A stretch of DNA of 28,216 nucleotides from Acidimicrobiia bacterium. GTDB lineage: Bacteria; Actinomycetota; Acidimicrobiia; Spongiisociales; ZC4RG35. Of the stretch, positions 8,912 to 17,605 are shown one piece after another. Under the pieces are notes generated by a model that saw nothing but the letters and a program-made list of their open reading frames with translations, made no database searches and had not been told where the DNA came from. The first letter of the stretch is position 1. Every line of letters begins with the position of its first letter. Made by a program: the position numbers and the translations under genes. The DNA lies in contig JAICND010000001.1 in the NCBI GenBank assembly GCA_025929005.1, forward strand, positions 1 to 28,216, read 5' to 3'.

Positions 8912-9769
8912 ATGAGCGACTTGCACCAGACCCGCCGCACCATTGTCGTTCTCGTTGTCCTCGGCCTCGTCATAGTCTCCTGTGGCCCCAGTCCGGCCGA
9001 CGAACGTGCTGCGCCGGAGACCTCGACAACCATTGTCAGCGGTGTGACCTCGGTCTACGGCCTGCCCCAAGGCGGCGAGCCAGTCGATCTCGAACCCGCT
9101 GAGTTCACCGTGGCTATCGACAATCCCTACTGGCCAATGGATCCCGGATCGCAGTGGGTCTATCGAGAAGTCGACGAAGAGGGCAGCACTTTGGAGGTCG
9201 TAGTAACAGTCACCACGGAGACCAAAGAGATCGCCAACGGGGTCATGGCGCGGGTGGTCCGTGACACAGTCACCCAGGATGGAGAACTGCTCGAAGACAC
9301 CTTCGACTGGTACGCCCAGGACTCGGCGGGAGCGATCTGGTACCTAGGTGAGGACACCGCCGAGTTCGAAGACGGCGAAATCACCAGCACGGCAGGGTCA
9401 TTCGAAGCTGGCGTCGACGGGGCGCTACCCGGCATCATCATGCCCGCAGAACCTGCCGCCGGGATGCGATACCGCCAGGAGTACCACGAGGGAGAAGCCG
9501 AGGACAACGGCGAGATCCTCAGCATCCAGGAGCAGGCCGAAGCCCCGGCCGGCCACTACGAGGACGCCATCCTGACCAAAGACACCATCACCATCGAACC
9601 GGATGTGCTCGAATACAAGCTCTACGCCCGCGGTGTCGGTCCCGTCCTGGTGTTCGGAGTCTCCGGCGGAGGCGGTCGCGAAGAGCTCATCGAGTTCCAC
9701 CAAGTCGACGAATCGATCGCCCGCGCCGCAGGAACCGCTCCCCTCGGCGAGCCGTATCTCGACCGATAG
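8912..9769 (+). CDS. Conserved hypothetical acidic lipoprotein
   Basis: ATG 8912; basic residues, a hydrophobic stretch, then lipobox-like VIVS-C. Body contains IDNPYWP, EDTFDWYAQD.AG.IWYLGED, GSFEAGVDGA.PGIIMPA and YRQEY..GEAED. Confidence 0.8.
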   Translation: MSDLHQTRRTIVVLVVLGLVIVSCGPSPADERAAPETSTTIVSGVTSVYGLPQGGEPVDLEPAEFTVAIDNPYWPMDPGSQWVYREVDEEGSTLEVVVTVTTETKEIANGVMARVVRDTVTQDGELLEDTFDWYAQDSAGAIWYLGEDTAEFEDGEITSTAGSFEAGVDGALPGIIMPAEPAAGMRYRQEYHEGEAEDNGEILSIQEQAEAPAGHYEDAILTKDTITIEPDVLEYKLYARGVGPVLVFGVSGGGGREELIEFHQVDESIARAAGTAPLGEPYLDR

Positions 9770-9876
9770 ACGGATGCACTGCCAGGCGCTTATCTCGTGC
9801 TAGTCATTCTGGCCCCACCCCAGGATGAAGAAAGCCACCGGTGGGGTCGGCGCGGCTGCAACCGGAGAGCACTTCG

Positions 9877-9909
9877 CACATGATGAGGTCCTTTCGGGGC
9901 CATCATGTG
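9877..9909. repeat. Inverted repeat / hairpin in the intergenic gap between convergent genes
   Basis: CACATGATG-N15-CATCATGTG, a perfect 9-bp stem with partial inner pairing. Confidence 0.5.
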
Positions 9910-10168
9910 TCAGGGAACCCGTGGAGCGAAGGGTCTCGAGAAGGCGTTGGACGCCCTGCGTTGAAGTCGCGCGAGATCGCCCTGACCACGGTATTCAGTG
10001 GAGACGGGATCCTGAACCGTGACCCCCTCGTTGCGGAAAGATGTGGTCAAGACGCTGGGAGTAGGGGATTAGGGCCAGAAGAGGGTCCTGTGGCGCGGCT
10101 GTGGGGCGAACGACGTGAGACCGCTGGACATTCTTTCTGCAGGAACATCTACACAAGCCTCACATGAG

Positions 10169-11326
10169 TCACCGTCTGGTCCAGATGGCGGAGATGCTGG
10201 GCTGAAGCGTCTCATTGACTACTTCGAGCACAACCTCACCGATGGTGTCCGAGCCGGTGAGATCGCTCATTCGAACACGAAGAGCCTGGAGAACTTGAAC
10301 TTCGTCGATCGCGACCCTGTTGAATCGACGATCGACAACGGCCCGTACACGCCGACGTAAGGGGTTGAACAGCGCAGCGGCGGCCAACGTGGCGACTGCC
10401 ACTGCCAGGGAATTCTGAGCGGGTGCCAAAGCGCTCAGAGCCAAGGTCGCTCCGATGTACACGAAGGCGAGAATGCCGATGACCAGCGTGTAGGTGACCG
10501 TTCGAGAGATGATCCGGTCGATCTCATAAAGCCGGTACTTGGAAATGGCGACGACTATGGACAAGGGAATCAAGACGAAGATCAGCGGGAACACAGTCTG
10601 AGCGCCGCGGTTGTCACCCAGGGCAAACCTTCCAAGCGGAGTGAAAGACAAGAGCACGACACCAGCAACGACTATCAAAGCTAGGGCGACCAATTTGAGT
10701 TGCTGCCTCTCGACAACCGACGCGCGTCGATAGCGCACGACTACAGACGCCAACGCGCCGGCAATCCCGACGAGAAGGGTCGGCATGACGACCCACCAGA
10801 CCCAGGACTCGTCCCCGAGCACGCTCTCCAATGGCATGGTGACGACTTCGACTCCGACGCCCACGAAACCAACGACGATGCCGGTCCCACCGACAAGGGC
10901 CACCCATCTCCATCCAGCGCTGGGAGGATGCCCGGTCGGGAACAAAAAGGGAAGGAAAACCGCAAGCAAGAAGAGCGCGGGAACCCAGCTCCACCCGAGC
11001 CAGCCAACTACGAGGCTTTCGAGGGGACCGAGCCGGGCACCGTCGAGGTAACGGACAAAGACCGCGACACCGATCCACATCATGCCGAGGCTCAGGCCCG
11101 TTCCGACCAGTACCCATCCGACCAGGTTGTTCGTCCGCCACACGATGAAGGTGCCGGTGACAGCGAAGACCAAGCCAATGACAGTGAACACGAGGAGCTG
11201 AGCCGTACCCGACTGATTGGTCCGGGATAGGAGCGCGGGCAGGTCGCCGCCGGCGGCGACGCCCAAAGCAACCAGCGAGAGGAAGACCGCCGTCGCGCAG
11301 ACGCTGGAGAAGATTCGTGCTCTCAC
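10169..11326 (-). CDS. Multi-pass membrane protein resembling the N-terminal sensor region of actinobacterial histidine kinases, with no kinase domain
   Basis: About 9-10 hydrophobic segments; motifs LFPTGHPPS..WRW, RYRRA..VERQQLK, ISKYRLYEIDRIISRTVTY and FNPLRRRV..VVDRRFNR. Ends at QPSISAIWTRR. Confidence 0.8.
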   Translation of the reverse strand: MRARIFSSVCATAVFLSLVALGVAAGGDLPALLSRTNQSGTAQLLVFTVIGLVFAVTGTFIVWRTNNLVGWVLVGTGLSLGMMWIGVAVFVRYLDGARLGPLESLVVGWLGWSWVPALFLLAVFLPFLFPTGHPPSAGWRWVALVGGTGIVVGFVGVGVEVVTMPLESVLGDESWVWWVVMPTLLVGIAGALASVVVRYRRASVVERQQLKLVALALIVVAGVVLLSFTPLGRFALGDNRGAQTVFPLIFVLIPLSIVVAISKYRLYEIDRIISRTVTYTLVIGILAFVYIGATLALSALAPAQNSLAVAVATLAAAALFNPLRRRVRAVVDRRFNRVAIDEVQVLQALRVRMSDLTGSDTIGEVVLEVVNETLQPSISAIWTRR

Positions 11327-11487
11327 TGCGAATCATGGCACTCGAGCGTTCCACGAACGTGACGGGCCAGGGGCGCATCGCCCAGCTTCCCGCGGAATGC
11401 CTCTCCCTGACCTCAGGTTCTTGCGCTCGATACCTGCCGGGGTGGAAAGTCCTCCTTGAGGAGGTCGGACGCAACTCCGCCCGGCCT

Positions 11488-11532
11488 CCTCTCGGCGCTT
11501 TGCCTCTCGGCGCTTTGCCTCGCGGTGCTTCA
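11488..11532. repeat. 15-bp tandem repeat, 3 copies
   Basis: CCTCTCGGCGCTTTG x2 (perfect) plus a diverged copy CCTCGCGGTGCTTCA. Confidence 0.85.
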
Positions 11533-11871
11533 CTTCGTGGCCAAGTCGGAGTCGAGAACCAGGCTCTGCCAGTTTCTCATCCGCACGACCTCAGGACTGA
11601 AGGCCTGACCCTCACGCAGCGCGCTGGTGTTCCTGATCCGGACCACCTCCGGGCTGAAAGACTCAGGCACGTACAGCGCCGCGGTGTTCCGGACCCGGAC
11701 GGCTTCAGGACTGAACTCCTCGACTTGTTCGACGCCCACGGCCTGGTCTCTTGCTGACTGCCGCAGCCATATTCCCAGCCCGAGAACAACAAGCATGGCC
11801 AGAATGGCCAGGCTCACGGCCGCGATCCTTCTTCCTCGGAATGGGGCACGCTCATCAACGATCGTCGCCAT
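11530..11871 (-). CDS. Small single-pass membrane protein with three 19-aa FSPExVRxRN repeats
   Basis: Strong RBS GGAAGGAG before ATG 11871; TM segment IAAVSLAILAMLVVLGLGIWL; repeats FSPEAVRVRN / FSPEVVRIRN / FSPEVVRMRN at a 57-bp period. Confidence 0.72.
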   Translation of the reverse strand: MATIVDERAPFRGRRIAAVSLAILAMLVVLGLGIWLRQSARDQAVGVEQVEEFSPEAVRVRNTAALYVPESFSPEVVRIRNTSALREGQAFSPEVVRMRNWQSLVLDSDLATK

Positions 11872-11958
11872 CAGACTCTCCTTCCGGACGGTGGGCCCAT
11901 CGCTTCGTCGAAGGGCCCGTCTCTGATGGGCAAGGTATGGAAACGGGAGACCGTTGAC

Positions 11959-11982
11959 ATCGGGGTATCTACGTAGCCCGAT
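11959..11982 (-). promoter_or_regulatory. Candidate operator (ATCGGG-N12-CCCGAT containing the palindrome CTACGTAG)
   Basis: Inverted repeat between the LuxR gene and the repeat-protein gene. Function is inferred only. Confidence 0.3.
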
Positions 11983-12007
11983 ACGGATTCCCTCCAATAC
12001 AGGTTTG

Positions 12008-15000
12008 CTACGTGTCCTCTCCGTGGAGACCGGAATCGAGGACCCAGCGCGCTACTTGGGTCCGTGAGGTGAAGCCGAGCTTCATGAGGATGTTCTCAAC
12101 ATGGGTCTCGGCGGTGCGCTCGGACACATACAGGCTCTCGCCGATTTGGCGATTGGTCATCCCCTCGGCCACTAGAGCCGCCACCTCACGCTCCCTGGGC
12201 GTGAGAACTGACCCCTTCGGCGCCTCCTTATTCCTTCTTCCATCTGGCGTCCTTCGCCTGGGCTTCGCGCCCAGCTCTGCCAGTCGGAGCTGTAACCGCT
12301 CGGTGAGGGAGGGCATACCTAATTCCTCGGAGATCCCCAGTGCGGCCATCATCTGCTCGACCGCCTTGTCACGATCCCCTGGCTGGTTGCGCGCAGCGAG
12401 CAGGGTTGCATAGGAGTGATAGGTATGAGCGACCCAAGGCCGGGCTTGCATTTGGAGGCTCAGACCGAGTGCCGTCTCGAAATAGGCGGCCGCCTCCTCA
12501 TGATGACCGAGTTGTGCGGCCAGGATTCCCAAGGCAAGTGCCACCGGCCCGACACTCACCTCGGATGCGGCCAAAGCCACCAGGTCCTCGTAGGGACGAA
12601 GTTGCTCGTAGAGCACCAGGGCTCGGTCGTCGTCGTCGAGGATGTTCGCCGCCTCCGCAAGGAGGGTCGTAGCGAAGAGCCACTCGTTGTCCTTGGGGAA
12701 CATCGCAAAGTCATCTTCAGCAAGCTGATCGAACAAGACTCGGGCCTCCTCCCCCCTTCCCGTGTCGAGCAACACAATCAGCAACATGACGCGGAGAGAG
12801 CGATACCCCGGATGAGTGACCAGAGCGCGCCGGATATCTTCTTCCAGCTCGTTCAACCGTCCTTGCTCTCGCCGCAGGACGAACAAGGCGAAGAGTCGGG
12901 AAGCTTCGGCGTCCCATGCCTGGGCTCGCCGTCCGTAGTCCATCGTCTGACGTATCAGCTTCTCCGCATCGTCGAATCCTCCGTCGCTCAGCGTTAGAAC
13001 GGTTTCGATGACTCCCGCGTACCAGAGTTGAGAAGGCTGGCCGAGCTCGTGCGCCGCCCGGGCCATCACCTCCTGCTGGGCACGCGCCTCCCAAATCTGT
13101 CCTCTTGTCATGAATCTGATGAATCGCACCCAACCGACGTCGGCGATGCGTTCCCGATCCTGCACCTTCTCGGCGAGCGCATTGAGCTCCTCGGCCACGA
13201 TGATCTGTTGATCCACACCGTCGGGGCCGAGGAGGCTGGCCGCCCACTCGGCGACAAGGGCATAGAACAACGTTGCCGGATCCCCGATCCGACGTGCCAT
13301 CTCGACAGCTTCGCGGGCGAGCGACGCGCGCGGTTCCAAGGATGGCTGGTCTCTCAGTGCCCCGGCGAGACGGCCAAGCAAGGTTGCTCTAAGCAGGCTG
13401 TCTTCGACGCCGAGGGCGTCCAGGGCTTGACGCAAGAGAGGGATGACCTGTCGGTCCGTCGCAGCTCGAGCAAAGGAAAACCGGCCCGCGTATCCAATAG
13501 CGGCTCGAGCCAACATCTCCGGCTGATCCATGCGAGTCGCGATCTCTGCGGCTTGCAGAAAGGTCTCCTTGGCGATCGGTGTCGCCCCGGATCGTGCTTG
13601 AGCTTCGCCCAGACGGAGGAGCGCCTCACAGCGCTGCAGCTCATCCGGGTGATCCCTGAGCACACGCAACGCCATGTTGAGCAAGCGAACGGCTTCTTCG
13701 AATGCGAGTAGGTCGGTGGCACGTTTGCCTGCGCTCATCGCATACTCAACGGCCTTCCGGACATCACCTCCAGTGGCGGCCTCGTAGAAGTGGTAGGCGA
13801 GCTCTTCGATATGCGGCTCGGGGTTGGGGGCGTAGGTCGCCTCCAAGACTTGCCCAACCTCCCGGTGAAGACGAACCCGGTCGGCCGGCATCAGGTCCTC
13901 GTAAAGGGTCTCCCGGATGAGAGCGTGGGCGAACCGGAATCGACCGGGCTCCTCGTGCGTATTGGCGATCAATTTGGCTGACACCGCCTCCCGCAGTGTC
14001 TCGAGTAACTCCGCAGCGGTGCGTCCCGTGATCCGTTGCATCACTTCGATGGAGAATTCGCGGCCGATGACAGCACCTATCGTCAGGATGCGATAGCAGT
14101 CGGCGGGAAGACCGCCCAGGCGACGCCCGATGACCTCGCGAACTCCTTCGGGGATCGGGATTCGTTCATCTCCTGCATACGTCCAGAGCCGACCCTCGGA
14201 AACTAGGAGTCGAACCACCTCCTCGATGAAGAGCGGGTTGCCCTCTGTCTCGCGACTTATCGAGCTGACGAGCTCCTCTGAAGGGGTCTGGCCCTCCATA
14301 GACATGATGAATCGAGCGACATCTGGTTCGCTCAGGCCCGCGAGATCGATTCGCGTCGTTGCTTGACTCCGGGACAACTCGGCGAGGACAGGTGCCAGCG
14401 GATGGTCCCTCCTGACCTCCACATCCCGATAGGTTCCAAGCAAGAGAATCTTCCCGTTGGCCAGCTGCCCTGCGAGGAACTGAAGTAGGAGGAGCGACGG
14501 GTCATCCGCCGCATGCAAGTCTTCGAGTACGAACACCAGCATTCGGTGTTGAGAGATCCTCACGAGGAAGCCGACCAGGGCGTCGAACAGGCGGAACCTC
14601 GCGGCCTCAGGGGACAACGAGGGCGGTTCTGGTAGGTCAGGTAGATAGTCCCGGAGCTCGGGCAACATCTGGGCGAGAACACCACCTTGCCCGGCTGCCG
14701 CCATATGCAAGGTCTCCGGGTCGAGCTCCGTCAACAGACCACGGAGCGACTGAATCCAGGGCCAATACGCAGGCGCCCCACCCTCCTCCCAGCAGCGTCC
14801 CCACATCGTCAAGGCATCTCGAGACTTCGCCTCCTGTGCGAATGCGTCCGCAAGGCGGGTCTTCCCGATCCCGGGCTCGCCTCCGACGAGGAAGAGACGC
14901 CCGCGGCCGGAAGACGCCTCACTCAATCCGCCCAAAAGAAGCGCGATCTCCCGTTGCCGCCCGACAAACACACGACCCTGATCGTCTGAGCTCAGCTCGA

Positions 15001-15025
15001 GGGGAGAAATGTCGTTGGTAGACAT
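12008..15025 (-). CDS. AAA-ATPase (STAND-like) / helical-repeat / LuxR-HTH transcriptional regulator
   Basis: FVGRQRE, Walker A GEPGIGKT, Walker B VFVLEDLH, long helical middle region, and C-terminal LTPREREVAALVAEGMTNRQIGESLYVSERTAETHVENILMKLG. Confidence 0.93.
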   Translation of the reverse strand: MSTNDISPLELSSDDQGRVFVGRQREIALLLGGLSEASSGRGRLFLVGGEPGIGKTRLADAFAQEAKSRDALTMWGRCWEEGGAPAYWPWIQSLRGLLTELDPETLHMAAAGQGGVLAQMLPELRDYLPDLPEPPSLSPEAARFRLFDALVGFLVRISQHRMLVFVLEDLHAADDPSLLLLQFLAGQLANGKILLLGTYRDVEVRRDHPLAPVLAELSRSQATTRIDLAGLSEPDVARFIMSMEGQTPSEELVSSISRETEGNPLFIEEVVRLLVSEGRLWTYAGDERIPIPEGVREVIGRRLGGLPADCYRILTIGAVIGREFSIEVMQRITGRTAAELLETLREAVSAKLIANTHEEPGRFRFAHALIRETLYEDLMPADRVRLHREVGQVLEATYAPNPEPHIEELAYHFYEAATGGDVRKAVEYAMSAGKRATDLLAFEEAVRLLNMALRVLRDHPDELQRCEALLRLGEAQARSGATPIAKETFLQAAEIATRMDQPEMLARAAIGYAGRFSFARAATDRQVIPLLRQALDALGVEDSLLRATLLGRLAGALRDQPSLEPRASLAREAVEMARRIGDPATLFYALVAEWAASLLGPDGVDQQIIVAEELNALAEKVQDRERIADVGWVRFIRFMTRGQIWEARAQQEVMARAAHELGQPSQLWYAGVIETVLTLSDGGFDDAEKLIRQTMDYGRRAQAWDAEASRLFALFVLRREQGRLNELEEDIRRALVTHPGYRSLRVMLLIVLLDTGRGEEARVLFDQLAEDDFAMFPKDNEWLFATTLLAEAANILDDDDRALVLYEQLRPYEDLVALAASEVSVGPVALALGILAAQLGHHEEAAAYFETALGLSLQMQARPWVAHTYHSYATLLAARNQPGDRDKAVEQMMAALGISEELGMPSLTERLQLRLAELGAKPRRRTPDGRRNKEAPKGSVLTPREREVAALVAEGMTNRQIGESLYVSERTAETHVENILMKLGFTSRTQVARWVLDSGLHGEDT

Positions 15026-15464
15026 CCCCTTGCCACGCCTCCTGTCCCGTCCGACAGACTACCGCCGCGAGCTTTCCCGGGGTCCTCTCCGGCACACCCC
15101 TGCCCTGCCGATACCGGCGTCCAGGATCCATGCTTGCACCGGTGGGCCCCGTGTCTTGTTACTCAATCGTTCGTACGGGGCTGTCCGTCGAGGCTGCGAG
15201 TGGTCGGTTCAAGAGCGCGAACGGCCACGTCCACCACGCCAGGCCAACCGCGAGGAAGCGGCCGCCCGACGCGAGAGCCGTTCGAGGAGACATCGCCTCC
15301 AGCGGCCTTGCCGGCTATCGCCTACACGCTCTCGAAACTACCGGGCACCCTCCATCAGAAAGGGCAGTCTGGGTTCACTGGGGACGAAATCCTCTACCAC
15401 CCGAGGTCGCAGTCGGTTATCAGGTGGAAACACGAACAGGGTCGTCAAGTTGAGCGCGACAGCT

Positions 15465-16265
15465 ATGGACGCACTGCCGTCAATCGATACTCGCCTGGCC
15501 CACCTGCCTGTAGGTGGTCCGTTCACCGAGCGCGAGCTCGAGGGTCTTCCCGACCCGGTTCGTCGTTATCTGTGTGCATCGATCGCACCCGGTACGCCGT
15601 TGGCTCAGTCGGCTCGCCTCCGGATGCGTGGGTCGGTCAAGCAGGGGCGATGGTGGCTTCCCTTCCGCGCCCGCCAGATCCTGGCGCCTCGCTATGGATT
15701 CGTTTGGGCGGCCCGGGTCGGGGGGGTCCTGATCGGCTCCGACCACTACATGGACGGGTTTGGGACGATGGAGTGGAAGCTCTTCGGTCTGATCCGCATG
15801 GTCCATGCAGAGGGACCGGACATAGCGCGTAGCTCTGCCGGCCGTGTCGGCGCTGAGGCGGTTTGGCTACCGACAGCGATGCTTCCGCGTTGGGGCGTGA
15901 CCTGGGATGCGACCGACGCCAACCACATCACAGCTAGTTATCGCATAGACGGGTTGGAGTTGGAATTGCACTACACCCTCGACGACGAGGGACGAGTGCG
16001 ATCTGTCGCCCTCGACCGTTGGGGTGGCCCTGATGGCAACGGCGTTCATCGTTTCGTGCATGAACTGACCCGATACTCGACCTTCGATGGGGTCGCCATC
16101 CCAAGTGCGGGCCGGGCCGGATGGTTCAATGGCGCCGACCGGTGGAGTGACGTCGAGTTCTTCCGCTACGAGATCACGGATCTACATCTCAACCCTCATT
16201 TGGTTCCTTTTCCCGGTGGGACGGCAGCGTCTGTGGGCCACATGGGCTTGGATCACGGTGCTTGA
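15465..16265 (+). CDS. DUF6544-like hypothetical protein
   Basis: LEGLPDPVRRYL...ARLRMRG...W.PF.A.Q...P..GFVW.A...G.G.MEWKLFGLI...GPDIARSSAGR..AEAVWLPTAML. The start is uncertain (ATG 15465 chosen); the ORF-track 5' extension looks non-coding. Confidence 0.75.
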   Translation: MDALPSIDTRLAHLPVGGPFTERELEGLPDPVRRYLCASIAPGTPLAQSARLRMRGSVKQGRWWLPFRARQILAPRYGFVWAARVGGVLIGSDHYMDGFGTMEWKLFGLIRMVHAEGPDIARSSAGRVGAEAVWLPTAMLPRWGVTWDATDANHITASYRIDGLELELHYTLDDEGRVRSVALDRWGGPDGNGVHRFVHELTRYSTFDGVAIPSAGRAGWFNGADRWSDVEFFRYEITDLHLNPHLVPFPGGTAASVGHMGLDHGA

Positions 16266-16291
16266 GAAGCTGCGTGAAGCAGGCAGGTCCC

Positions 16292-16618
16292 CTAGGGAGC
16301 GCGGAGATCCTGTAGGTATCGCGGGTCATTGACGCCGTGCAGCATCAACCGGACTGACCCATTCCTGATGTCCTCTTTGGCGGCTTCCAGCATGGGCACG
16401 ATGTCGTCGACCAACCCGCCGGTGGTCACGGAGTCGATGCCGCCCATCCCGATGGAAATCGCCACCTCACCCACTTCGCCGGTTGTCAGGTATTTGTCCA
16501 CCGCTTCGAAGACCGCCACGTCCAGCCGCTTCACTATCGATGTCAGGATGTGCTCCTGCCAGCCCGCCAGCGGAATCTGACTTGCCCATGGCTCGGACTT
16601 CCACCCCTCGAACTTCAC
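16292..16618 (-). pseudogene. C-terminal fragment of a BMP-family (basic membrane lipoprotein) substrate-binding domain
   Basis: HILTSIVKRLDVAVFEAV...GMGGID...IVPMLEAAKEDIRNGSV matches the BMP C-terminal LTSMVKRVDVAV pattern; the N-terminal two-thirds are absent. Confidence 0.6.
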
Positions 16619-16739
16619 AGGAGACCTCGACGCGAATCAGGGCCATCGCCTTCAAGTCGGCGGGAAGACAAGCGAGAGTTCGCGAAAGCTGAGTCTGATC
16701 TCGAGCGTGGTCGAGTGGATGTCGGGTTAGCTTCATCCC

Positions 16740-17183
16740 ATGTTCACCTATGGCGGCGAAGCGACCATTGATCGGCCGGCGCACGAGGTCTTCGCCTTCG
16801 TCGCAGCACCCGAGAACCTCCCGCGTTGGTCAGATGTCTCCTATGTCGAAAAGCTGACCGACGGCCCGATGGGACTCGGAACCAGGGTGAAGATGACAAT
16901 GGGTCAAGGGCCGATGCGTGCCACCTCTGAATTCGAGGTCAGCGAATGGGAGGACGACCGCACCTTGACCTTCAAGACCGTTCCCCCGCATTGGCTGCTC
17001 TGGGACGCCACTTATCGGGTGGAAGCGGTTGGACCGTCATCAAGTCGGATCACCACGAATGGTCAGATAACGCTGAGTGGGATACGGCGAGTGCTCGAAC
17101 CAGTGATTCGCAACGAACTGAGTAAGGGCGAACAGGGAGAGCTGGACAGACTCAAGGCGATCCTCGAAGAGCGGCCCGCCTAA
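16740..17183 (+). CDS. SRPBCC (polyketide cyclase/dehydrase-like) family protein
   Basis: IDRPAHEVFAFVA.PENLPRW, GP.G.GTR, C-terminal helix L.RLKAILE. Confidence 0.85.
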   Translation: MFTYGGEATIDRPAHEVFAFVAAPENLPRWSDVSYVEKLTDGPMGLGTRVKMTMGQGPMRATSEFEVSEWEDDRTLTFKTVPPHWLLWDATYRVEAVGPSSSRITTNGQITLSGIRRVLEPVIRNELSKGEQGELDRLKAILEERPA

Positions 17184-17534
17184 CGCGGTGGGAACTGATC
17201 GAAGTCGGGGAGCTAGATCGGTCCTCGACCAATCGGACGAAGCATGGCATTACTGCGATCCCATTGATGTGAGGCGCAGCGAGAAAGCGCCTGGTACAAA
17301 ATGGGTTGCTTCGAAGCCAGTGTGTTGTGGGCCGCCTGTGGAGCGCGAGACCTCAGGATCGTTTATCGAGCGAACAGATCCCCGGTGTTTCGTCGGCCGA
17401 GGTCAGTCCGGGCTGCCGTAGAACGAGAGGACCACCGATCCCTCGTGACCTCTCTTGACGTAGCGACTCGGTATCGGCAGCCGGAGTCGAATCGGATCGC
17501 CAAGCACCTGGTCGGCGGCGCCTCCCCGTAACAC

Positions 17535-17588
17535 ATTGACAATCATCGATACGACCGGTAGCGTGCCACGTATCGAAGTCTGTCGATA
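17535..17588 (+). promoter_or_regulatory. Sigma70-type promoter of arsM with two ArsR-like operator boxes
   Basis: TTGACA (17536-41), 17 bp, TAGCGT (17559-64). Perfect inverted repeat TATCGA-N6-TCGATA (17571-88) and imperfect ATTGA-N6-TCGAT (17535-50) overlapping the -35. RBS AGGAGG at 17594-99. Confidence 0.7.
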
Positions 17589-17605
17589 CGACCAGGAGGT
17601 AGGGA

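Noticed and set aside
9881-9900. TGATGAGGTCC...GGGGCC resembling a hammerhead ribozyme core
   Set aside because: It lacks the CUGAUGA start and the GAAA after stem II.
11333-11533. 66-aa ORF MKHREAKRREAKRREE... as a real gene
   Set aside because: No RBS beyond the stop/start overlap, low-complexity sequence derived from the tandem repeat, and no motifs. It is kept only as a possibility in the repeat finding.
11488-11720. Short repeats as a CRISPR array, or the repeat protein as a RiPP precursor
   Set aside because: The repeats have no unique spacers and there are no cas genes. No modifying enzyme, peptidase or ABC exporter is nearby.
17260-17305. Imperfect nested hairpin (CCCATT/AATGGG enclosing AGGCGC/GCGCCT) as a riboswitch
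   Set aside because: No known riboswitch consensus was recognised; such pairing is common in GC-rich DNA.
17478-17504. Minus-strand LGDPIRLRL, resembling an ArsR helix (possible decayed divergent arsR)
   Set aside because: Only 9 residues match and no HTH (SQ..VS.HL) was found in any frame. A tblastn with ArsR queries would settle it.
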